From contig CATMOE010000095.1 of NCBI GenBank assembly GCA_950072105.1, positions 1 through 10,141 on the forward strand: a stretch of DNA of 10,141 nt, written 5' to 3'. Position 1 is the stretch's first letter; every line of letters begins with the position of its first letter. Origin of the DNA: an uncultured Dehalococcoidia bacterium. Lineage in GTDB: Bacteria; Chloroflexota; Dehalococcoidia; Lucifugimonadales; UBA3495. The notes under the pieces were generated by a model. It did not search any database, was not told where the DNA came from, and saw only the letters and a list, made by a program, of their open reading frames with translations. Shown piece by piece: positions 1 to 7,024 of this stretch. A program made the translations under genes and the position numbers.

Positions 1-45
1 CCGGGAGTCCTACAATACTGCCACATCCCCCTGATCTCTCCTTAA

Positions 46-64
46 CAAAAGTGTCCCACTTTTG
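46..64. promoter_or_regulatory. Inverted repeat, candidate operator
   Basis: CAAAAGTG-TCC-CACTTTTG, perfect 8-bp arms, in the AT-rich region upstream of the Rieske gene. Confidence 0.35.
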
Positions 65-157
65 CTGGTTGCCAACAATATTGGCCATATGTTCCAGTTT
101 CATGATTCAGGCGCTTAGATTAGGATTATGTCCGATATTCTTAGAGTTGATTAAAAT

Positions 158-481
158 ATGGCTGAGCCAGGGTTTGAAAAAGTTGCCGAAACCGGCGATC
201 TCTCTCCTGGGCAAATGAAATCGGTTACCTTGGGTGAGGAAGAATTGCTATTGGCCAACGTGGATGGGACTTTCTGCGCGATCGGCAATTCATGCACCCA
301 TAGGGGAGGCGCACTTTCGGATGGCGACCTTGACGGAGAGGAAGTTGAGTGTCCCCTTCACGGGGCGACATGTAACGTTGTTACCGGCGAGGTAGTTGGT
401 CCGCCGGCGCAAGAAGGCGTTCAGGCTTACGAAGTGCGAATCTCAGGCAACGATGTCATTATGGGACCGGCGAAAGGTTAG
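158..481 (+). CDS. Rieske [2Fe-2S] ferredoxin (non-heme iron oxygenase ferredoxin subunit / NirD-like)
   Basis: 107 aa with both Rieske boxes, NSCTHRGG (CxH) and VECPLHG (CxxH). The size and the GDLSPGQMK...YEVRI pattern are typical. Confidence 0.93.
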   Translation: MAEPGFEKVAETGDLSPGQMKSVTLGEEELLLANVDGTFCAIGNSCTHRGGALSDGDLDGEEVECPLHGATCNVVTGEVVGPPAQEGVQAYEVRISGNDVIMGPAKG

Positions 482-533
482 CGAATCATACATTTGGGCC
501 GGGTTAGTCATCCCTTCAGCGCTATCGTCTTTC

Positions 534-1049
534 TTACGACGTATCCAATCCAAAGCTGCTGTTGAGCCTTCCCATCATCTCGTAGTAGCACGCCGTGAAG
601 GCCAAGCTCACAGCTCCCGCATCACCCACAAGGTGAGTTACGGCCTGCCAAGTCGAGTCGCGTACCTTATTCCGAATCACTTCTAGCGCGAAGTGGACCC
701 ATATGCCTTCTTTGGGCAGCAGGCCTCGGGGCGCGGTGCCCGCGGCGATGGCGTCAACGACCGCGTCTCGTACCCCGGCCTCTCGGGCCAGCGGCTCAAA
801 AGCGTTCCAAAGGTTGGCGCTATCTTGCTCGTGAGCCACGGCGAGAGCCACGGTGTATTTTATCCAAGGCTCTAGATCAGATTGGCCCACGAGTTCGTCC
901 AAGCCGGCCAGCCCGTTCGCTACGTGGGGATTGGCGAACAACGCCTGGAACGTGTCCGCTAATCCTGACTGAGCCGCGGTAACCTGGGCATAGCGTGACC
1001 GCATGTTCGGTGGCACTTGGGTTTCTGGGGTTAGATCTAGACGCGGCAT
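534..1049 (-). CDS. Carboxymuconolactone decarboxylase (AhpD-like fold) family protein
   Basis: AAGGAG SD upstream of GTG 1052 / ATG 1049. MPRL start, 'AREAGVRDAVVDAI' and 'TACYYEMMGRLNSSFGL' resemble the CMD-family pattern. No CxxC. Confidence 0.72.
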   Translation of the reverse strand: MPRLDLTPETQVPPNMRSRYAQVTAAQSGLADTFQALFANPHVANGLAGLDELVGQSDLEPWIKYTVALAVAHEQDSANLWNAFEPLAREAGVRDAVVDAIAAGTAPRGLLPKEGIWVHFALEVIRNKVRDSTWQAVTHLVGDAGAVSLAFTACYYEMMGRLNSSFGLDTS

Positions 1050-1120
1050 CACCGCTCCTTCATCTCGAGTCGTGAATTGGTACAGGCGGCATCGTGCACA
1101 TGGGGTCCTGGATCAGGCGC

Positions 1121-1354
1121 TCACACTTCCTGTTTCTTGTCCCATTCGCTATTAAACCAGTCCCACCATTTCTTCTGTTCTTCTTCGTTGGGAGAACTTG
1201 CCATCATTTCCCTCATGGGTTTATGTGCTTCGTCAGTAGAGTTCATAAAGTGCGTAGCACTTTGCTTTGCTATACCCTTGGCTGTCTCGCCCTCAAAATC
1301 CTCATCACATCCACCCTCACCATTCATTATTTCTTTACATGTAAATGATTTCAT
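1121..1354 (-). CDS. Small DUF1059-like putative metal-binding protein (77 aa)
   Basis: GGGAG SD, then ATG at 1354. MKSFTCKE...GGCDEDFEGET...THF...AH pattern (2 Cys + 2 His) with a helical W-rich C-terminus. Family recognised from memory. Confidence 0.72.
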   Translation of the reverse strand: MKSFTCKEIMNGEGGCDEDFEGETAKGIAKQSATHFMNSTDEAHKPMREMMASSPNEEEQKKWWDWFNSEWDKKQEV

Positions 1355-1453
1355 TTTTGCCGCTCCCAATATTGCTGTATCGACTCGCGCTTTCTTGTCC
1401 GCCTCTACAACATATTTCCAGAGCGCTAAGTACCAGTCTGTCCGAGAAACCTT

Positions 1454-1470
1454 GGCCAGTCACGCTGGCC
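1454..1470 (-). promoter_or_regulatory. Candidate bacterial SECIS element (3' UTR of the 1901..1473 gene)
   Basis: mRNA GGCCAG-CGUGA-CUGGCC, a perfect 6-bp stem beginning 14 nt after the UGA, with GU at loop positions 2-3. Possible lower stem UCUGU (1479-1475) with ACAGA (1441-1437). Confidence 0.62.
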
Positions 1471-1472
1471 TC

Positions 1473-1901
1473 TTACAGAACGGGTCAATTCGTGTAGGTG
1501 TCTGACTGAACGACCTCGTAACCGCTTTTCAAAATGTCATCTTCCGACCGGATGGTGTTGGCGACGTGATCCCGGGGTACGATCACGAAATGGTATCGCC
1601 AGATGGGGCTGTACCCTGGATCTCCGGGCCTGGTGTCGTATATACCGTACTGGCCCGTAACTCTTTCCGGCCTGCCATCGGGACCGTCGATGGTGTATAC
1701 CAGGACAAATTCCTTGCCATACTTCTACTTTTCCGGATCGATGTAGACGATTCCCGCGGGCATGGCGAAAACCATCTCGCCACGAACCCTCCGAGGTCCG
1801 ACCCGCTGGCCGTGGGGATTGGAAAATGTCAACAGCGGGTCCGTGATTTCCACGGTCACGTCGCCGCTGTAATGTAGCCCTCCGGATGAGTCACTTGCCA
1901 T
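1473..1901 (-). CDS. Unannotated 142-codon gene (DUF7482-like, YSPIW...N-U-P-V-L); candidate selenoprotein, interrupted by an in-frame TAG (may be a pseudogene)
   Basis: Strong SD AAAGGAG, then ATG at 1901. Manual translation: MASDSSGGLHYSGDVTVEITDPLLTFSNPHGQRVGPRRVRGEMVFAMPAGIVYIDPEK*KYGKEFVLVYTIDGPDGRPERVTGQYGIYDTRPGDPGYSPIWRYHFVIVPRDHVANTIRSEDDILKSGYEVVQSDTYTN(TGA)PVL-TAA. TAG at 1725-1727 (codon 59), TGA at 1485-1487 (codon 139), TAA at 1473-1475. Confidence 0.78.
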
Positions 1902-1971
1902 TATTTATATCTCCTTTGCCGATTTTATCCGGGGTGCTTGACCCCGGTCTTCTTCCAAATACCTGCAGGCG

Positions 1972-2541
1972 TTAGGCATGCTGTTCGGGTCTCATATGGG
2001 AGCGAACGATCTCCGCGTGGGCTTGAATCTTACCCCGGTCCATGCGCAACGGTTGTCCTTCCGAATCGAATGGGGCCTTGAAATCAAAGGCATGGGCCGT
2101 TGGACCGTTATCGTGCAGGTGCTCTAGGCGTTTGGCGCCCTGTGCTCTGGTGGGGGTCTCGTCATCCGGTATCCACCAGGCTACGAAGGCGGGCCAGTCA
2201 CCTTTGACGAACCAGTCGTCGCGTTTGCTCAGAACCTCGGCATGGAACCCATAGTAGGTAAAGGCGTAAACCGACTCCACATCTTCCCAAAGAGAAAGGG
2301 TTGCCGGGGCATCGCGGTGCTCCCCGCTGGTAAGGAATCGGGGACTGACGTCGCGAGTGCCCCAATCCCGCTCACGGGTAGCGTGGTCTCTTTTCCAACT
2401 ATTACCGGACCGGTTTACGAACCCCTCCGAGTTCTCGGCGCTGGTATAAATAAAGGGGTTCCGGTCATGGAATCCATTGATCTGCTCGTGGTCGCGCGGC
2501 TGCTGGAGTATGCCAAACGTATACAGGACCAATTTCGCCAT
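1972..2541 (-). CDS. DUF3291 family protein (dimeric alpha-beta barrel, ABM-like)
   Basis: GGAGGTG SD. Motifs AENSEGFVNR, TLSLWEDVESVYAFTYYGFHAEVL...DDWF, WWIPD...P, RLEHLHDNGPTAHAFDF are characteristic of DUF3291. Confidence 0.88.
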   Translation of the reverse strand: MAKLVLYTFGILQQPRDHEQINGFHDRNPFIYTSAENSEGFVNRSGNSWKRDHATRERDWGTRDVSPRFLTSGEHRDAPATLSLWEDVESVYAFTYYGFHAEVLSKRDDWFVKGDWPAFVAWWIPDDETPTRAQGAKRLEHLHDNGPTAHAFDFKAPFDSEGQPLRMDRGKIQAHAEIVRSHMRPEQHA

Positions 2542-2666
2542 GCTGTCACCTCCGGTCAGGTCACGATTTAGTATCTTCGTGAAGTTATTGGGTGTCTAGG
2601 CTAAACTGCTGGCATTTCATTAGAGTTCTCGCCGGTGGTGAGGACATTTTACACCGGCCTAACGCT

Positions 2667-3425
2667 CTACGACGGGCTTCGGTTGCCTGCCAGGTGTTCC
2701 AGAGCCTTACGCCACTTATCCAGATCACCCCGGCCAAAGCCATCCCGATAGGTAATCACGCCATTGCCGTCGATGGCGATCTTGGTAGATTGCTGCAATA
2801 TGTGAAGGTCCCGAAGCCCGGAGCTACCAATCCCGGCCACGGACCAGGGGTAACCCTGCTTCTGGCGGTCTTGTTCCAGAACGGCGACGGTTTGAGTAGG
2901 GTCTGATCCCACCAGGTAAAACGCGATGTTTTCAGTGTATTTAGGGTCCAGGGTCGCTAGGCGCCGCAACTCGGCGCGACATACCGGTCACCAGGCCGCA
3001 TGAAAAAAGAGAAAAGCCGGTTGCTTTCTCTGCAGCAGATCGGCGGATGTGAGGATAGTACCGTCAAGTAGCTCAAGCTCGAAGTCAGGAATCCGGTTCC
3101 CCACCTTGGTACCTATTGGAGGTGGAGGCGCCGCGGGTTCAGAAGTTGGAATCGCAGTCGTTTGAGATGGGACCGAAGTCGCTGCATTTTCGTTTGTTGC
3201 AAGGGTAGCTGGATCTCCTTCCTCTGAGGGCGCTGTCGGCGATGCGGATGGCGTGACGGCGGCTGTAGCGCTAGCAGGTAAAGACGGCTGAGATTGGGAG
3301 GTTTGATTGCCGGGGACTGTCGTGGGAGAGGCCGCTTCTTGGCTTATCGATGATCCGCCGCAGGCCGATTGGGCCAATACCGTCAATGTCACACCCAACG
3401 AAACTGCGACGAGTCTTAGCCGCAT
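2667..3425 (-). CDS. TlpA/peroxiredoxin-like thioredoxin-fold lipoprotein, selenoprotein with UxxC (252 aa, Sec146)
   Basis: Track ORFs 2988..3425 and 2667..2969 are in the same frame, joined by TGA at 2988-2990: ...VGNRIPDFELELLDG...FLFFHAAW-U-PVC-RAELRRL...IAIDGNGVITY. This matches the TlpA/AhpC-TSA pattern F.A.WCPxC..E. N-terminal signal peptide with lipobox QSA-C, then a Pro/Ser/Thr/Ala-rich linker. Confidence 0.9.
2961..2977 (-). promoter_or_regulatory. Candidate bacterial SECIS element within the TlpA-like CDS
   Basis: mRNA GCGCCG-AGUUG-CGGCGC, a perfect 6-bp stem starting 10 nt after the UGA, with GU at loop positions 2-3. Flanking GUC...GAC can extend the stem. Confidence 0.7.
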
Positions 3426-3434
3426 CGGTTGATT

Positions 3435-3527
3435 TTAGTAGATGCCGAGAGCGATTACCGCCACAATCAGCGGCAATTTGGGCGCGACGATCGAGCCGGG
3501 CATACCAGGGAGCCACGAGATATCCAT
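3435..3527 (-). CDS. Possible 30-aa membrane peptide or gene remnant (MDISWLPGMPGSIVAPKLPLIVAVIALGIY)
   Basis: Fills the gap between the ABC gene and the selenoprotein gene, and its TAA ends 9 nt before ATG 3425. Hydrophobic C-terminal half. Only a weak SD (AGAGAG). Confidence 0.25.
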   Translation of the reverse strand: MDISWLPGMPGSIVAPKLPLIVAVIALGIY

Positions 3528-3567
3528 CTCTCTGATTCTCGAAACTGGTGGGCGTTCGTGTCTTTGG

Positions 3568-5499
3568 TCAGCGGGAGGTGGTAAGTCTCCCGTCTTCGGC
3601 GAAGGCGACGGTGCCATCGCTGAATATCACGCCATCCTCGCAATGACACTCTACTTTCCCGCCTTGGAATTGCTCATCGTAAAGTTGGGCATACAGCCCG
3701 CCCCGTGACAGCAACTCAGAGTGGGTGCCCCGTTCCACGATGCGGCCCCGGTTTATGGCGAAGATAACGTCGGCGGCCATTATGGTCGAAAGGCGATGGG
3801 CGATGGCCACCGTGGTACGCTCTTTCATCAGCGGTTCTAGCGCCGCTTGTACATACCGCTCGCTGGCGCTGTCCAGCGCTGAAGTGGCCTCGTCTAGGAT
3901 CAGCAATTTGGGTTGGTGCAGGATGACTCTGGCGATGGATAATCGCTGCCTTTCGCCCCCCGACATCCGGTAGCCGCGCTCCCCAACGATGGTGTCGTAG
4001 CCCTCGGCGAACTCCATGATTCGATCGTGGATATAGGCAGCCCTGGCTGCGGCCTCCATCTCGTCTTGAGTAGCGTCCGGTTTGCTGTACAGGAGGTTGT
4101 TCCGGATACTGGCGTGGAACAAGTAGTTTTCTTGAGACACGTACCCGATCATGCGGGACAGGGACTCCAATTTGATCTTCCGCACGTCGATTCCGTCGAT
4201 CAGCACCCTGCCCTCGTTGGCGTCGTACAACCGGGGAATCAGGTATGAGATTGTCGTCTTGCCGGCCCCACTGGGACCCACGAAGGCGGCGAGCTGGCCG
4301 GGCAGGATCTCAAAATCGATCCCATCCAATGCCCAGCGGGGCTCCGGATCGCCGGTTCGGGCGCTTTCCTGAGCCTCTTCATTGTTCGAAACATAGTTCA
4401 CTCGAACCGAATCGAATCTGATGGCCCCAGCCACCCGCTCCGGCTGGATGTCCACCGCCTCGGGATCGTCAACGATGTCGGCCTTGATATCCAGGTATTC
4501 GAAGATGCGCTCGAATAACGCCATGGAAGACTGAAGCTCCACTGACACCTGAAGCAACGTGCCTATGGGGAAATATAGGCGGGCTTGCAACGTGGTAAAC
4601 GCGATGATTGTGCCAGGAGATATACCGTCACGCCCGATTCCTGAGATCAAGTAGCCCGCCAACACGTAGATGATCACCGGCGAGATTGAGAAAAAGGTTT
4701 GCATAACCGCCCAGAACGACTGGCCGGTCATTTGGCGGCGCACCACCAGGTCGGACAGGTGCTGGTTCTCCCAGTGAAATCGCTCTATCTCCAGCTTCTG
4801 CCGGCCAAACAGCTTGGACAGCATGATCCCGGAGATAGACAACGTTTCTTGGGTGATGGCAGTCATTTCCGCAGTGGATTTTTGAACCTCGGCGGACACG
4901 GCGCGGCGTTTCTCACCGACGATCCTAGTCAAGAACGCGAATACAGGTACGATTCCCACGGCTACCAAGGTCAACTGCCAGGAAAGAATGGCCATGGCGA
5001 TCACGGTGCTGATGAGGATCACGATGTTAGATAAAATGTCGGTAATGGTGCTGGTGACCACGTTTTGGACGCCACCGACGTCGTTGGTTACCCGGGACTG
5101 AATCTCTCCTGTTTTGGTGCCGGTGAAGAAACCCAAAGAAAGGGTTTGGAGATGGCGGTACAACCGGTCCCGCAGGTCCCGCATCACTTTTTGCCCGACT
5201 TGGTTGGTAACGTAGGTTTGCACGATGCCGATGGCACCGGTAACCACGGTTATTCCGGCCATGACACCGGCGATGATCCATAGTAGGTTGAGGTTAGGGC
5301 TGCCGCTTTCGGGGAATAGCGCCGAGTCGAATATAACCCGGATCAACAGTGGGTTAACTACTCCTAGCCCGGCGGTGAATAGGATCAACAGTCCGACGAT
5401 GGTTATCTGGGACCGATAGGGGCGGAAAGAAGCGGCGATGCGCCGGATGAGACTTTGCTGCGGCCGATTAATCTGGGGTTCGATCCCACCGGTACTCAT
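3568..5499 (-). CDS. ABC exporter, fused permease + ATP-binding (MsbA/MdlB/Atm1-like half transporter)
   Basis: N-terminal multi-TM domain, Walker A GPSGAGKT, Q-loop VSQE, signature MSGGERQR, Walker B LLILDEATSALD, H-loop IAHRLST. Confidence 0.96.
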   Translation of the reverse strand: MSTGGIEPQINRPQQSLIRRIAASFRPYRSQITIVGLLILFTAGLGVVNPLLIRVIFDSALFPESGSPNLNLLWIIAGVMAGITVVTGAIGIVQTYVTNQVGQKVMRDLRDRLYRHLQTLSLGFFTGTKTGEIQSRVTNDVGGVQNVVTSTITDILSNIVILISTVIAMAILSWQLTLVAVGIVPVFAFLTRIVGEKRRAVSAEVQKSTAEMTAITQETLSISGIMLSKLFGRQKLEIERFHWENQHLSDLVVRRQMTGQSFWAVMQTFFSISPVIIYVLAGYLISGIGRDGISPGTIIAFTTLQARLYFPIGTLLQVSVELQSSMALFERIFEYLDIKADIVDDPEAVDIQPERVAGAIRFDSVRVNYVSNNEEAQESARTGDPEPRWALDGIDFEILPGQLAAFVGPSGAGKTTISYLIPRLYDANEGRVLIDGIDVRKIKLESLSRMIGYVSQENYLFHASIRNNLLYSKPDATQDEMEAAARAAYIHDRIMEFAEGYDTIVGERGYRMSGGERQRLSIARVILHQPKLLILDEATSALDSASERYVQAALEPLMKERTTVAIAHRLSTIMAADVIFAINRGRIVERGTHSELLSRGGLYAQLYDEQFQGGKVECHCEDGVIFSDGTVAFAEDGRLTTSR

Positions 5500-5600
5500 G
5501 CTGATGTTCTCTCAACCGTCATTGATTCGGGTAACACGCCGGCCTTTGGTCAGTTACTACTCTGAAGTATCGCTCTCCAGCTATACGGGAAAACTTTGCG

Positions 5601-6032
5601 TTAGTCGTGGACATCGGGTTTTAACTGATTGTCCTCGTCAGGGTCGACCACAACGGTCAGCCGTTTGATCTTCCCTTCCTTGACCAACAGGATGCGCAAG
5701 TGGTGTTCTAATCCCAATTCGGTATGAGTGGTGTCTTTGCGCTCTAACCGGCAGACAACCATGTCCCCCCAAAGGTCTATCCCGCGTAGCTCGACAACTT
5801 GGTCAAGCCGCGCCGACCGCCGGAGGAAGCTGTCCCTGATGGCGGCCTTGCCAACAGCCGGATCCCGGCCGACGGTAACCCGTATGGCATCTTCGGCGAA
5901 GAAGTCCATGACTTCGTCGATGTTGGAGCCCCCGGTACGGGTGCACCGGTCTAGAGCTTCGCTATAAGCAACAGCCAACCGATAAAGGTCGTTGGACACC
6001 GCCGTTCCAATCTCCATCTTCTCAGTTGCCAT
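5601..6032 (-). CDS. SnoaL-like / NTF2 family protein (143 aa)
   Basis: SD AAGGGAG before ATG 6032, preferred over the track start at 6173. Motifs 'FFAEDA', 'GKAAIRDSF', 'VKEGKIKR' are typical of the NTF2/SnoaL fold. Confidence 0.85.
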   Translation of the reverse strand: MATEKMEIGTAVSNDLYRLAVAYSEALDRCTRTGGSNIDEVMDFFAEDAIRVTVGRDPAVGKAAIRDSFLRRSARLDQVVELRGIDLWGDMVVCRLERKDTTHTELGLEHHLRILLVKEGKIKRLTVVVDPDEDNQLKPDVHD

Positions 6033-6321
6033 GTCTTCTCCCTTGCGTGGTGGTTGTAGCCGTTCTTTTAGAATAGCTCTCGAACACATTTCCGGCTGCT
6101 TGGTCCCGTCCCATCCGCCGCGCCATGATGGCCCAGAACCCAGCCAATATGGTGTCTTCGATTCTACACCCATTGTGTGAAGGCCATATCCGGCCTACCC
6201 TGAGGACGCATCCGATGGCGGGGTCCCGTGTGGTACCCAACTCGTTGGCTTGGAGATATTATAGGCAGCGGCACCGCCATTAGTCTCAAAGAAATTCGGC
6301 GACTGTGCAACGAGGTGCGGG

Positions 6322-6975
6322 ATGATTTATGAGTCGCGAATCTACCATACGGTACCTGGTAAGCTCCCAGAACTCCATGCCAGAATCTCCAACCATACAA
6401 TGGGATATTTCAAAAAGCACGGCATCGGAATTATGGGGTTCTGGAACGACGAGATCGGAGCCGGCAACAAGCTCACCTCTGTTCTCACTTTTGAAAGTCT
6501 GGCCGCCCGGGAAGAGATTTGGGCATCTTTTCGAGCGGACCCGGCTCACAAGCAGGCGCGGGCCGAATACGAAGCCGAAGCGCCGCTGGTGGTCAAGATC
6601 ACCAACCGCTTGATGCAGTTGACGGATTATTCACCCGAGCCTCATCTGTCCTCCGAAGTACAGGAGGTGCGGGTGTATGACGCTATGCTGGGCAAGACGT
6701 CCGCGATGCACCAACGATTTTCCAACCACACTCTTAACTCATTTGAGAGGGCGGGTATTGACAGCATTGCCTTCTGGACGGAGATAGTAGGCACCAGTAA
6801 CCGGCTGGTGTACATGCTGGGTTACTCTAGCCTGGGTGACCGGGAGAAGTGCTGGACGGCGCATCTGACCAACGCCGAATGGCGCAAGGCGAGGGCCGAG
6901 TCGGAGAAGGACGGCCCCCTTGTCCGGGCCACTCACCACACACTTATACGTCCGACTCCTTACTCACCGAGGTAG
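6322..6975 (+). CDS. NIPSNAP family protein with two tandem NIPSNAP domains
   Basis: GAGGTG SD. Repeat 1 runs MIYESRIY..PGKL..LHARISNHT...FKKHGI...TDYSP and repeat 2 runs EVRVY..GK...HQRFSNHT...FERAGI...TPYSP. Confidence 0.92.
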   Translation: MIYESRIYHTVPGKLPELHARISNHTMGYFKKHGIGIMGFWNDEIGAGNKLTSVLTFESLAAREEIWASFRADPAHKQARAEYEAEAPLVVKITNRLMQLTDYSPEPHLSSEVQEVRVYDAMLGKTSAMHQRFSNHTLNSFERAGIDSIAFWTEIVGTSNRLVYMLGYSSLGDREKCWTAHLTNAEWRKARAESEKDGPLVRATHHTLIRPTPYSPR

Positions 6976-7024
6976 TTTAAAGTCGTGGAGTGCCGCAAGG
7001 TCACTGGAGAACTTGGCTCCGGTT

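Noticed and set aside
1121..1123. TGA stop of the DUF1059-like gene as a possible Sec codon
   Set aside because: The domain looks complete, there is no redox-motif context, and no comparable GU-loop hairpin follows.
1566..1877. Track ORFs 1566..1877 (+) and 1583..1783 (-)
   Set aside because: They are shadow frames of the SD-led minus-strand gene 1901..1473.
2631..2658. GCCGGTG...CACCGGC inverted repeat after the Sec-TlpA gene as a terminator
   Set aside because: 14-nt loop and no U-tract on the coding strand.
3100..3350. Low-complexity Pro/Ser/Thr/Ala stretch as a repeat element
   Set aside because: It is explained as the flexible linker of the lipoprotein, with no exact nucleotide repeats.
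3568..3570. TGA stop of the ABC gene as a possible Sec codon (frame stays open into track ORF 3271..3516)
   Set aside because: The read-through product is not protein-like, would overlap the lipoprotein gene out of frame, and no SECIS-like hairpin is evident.
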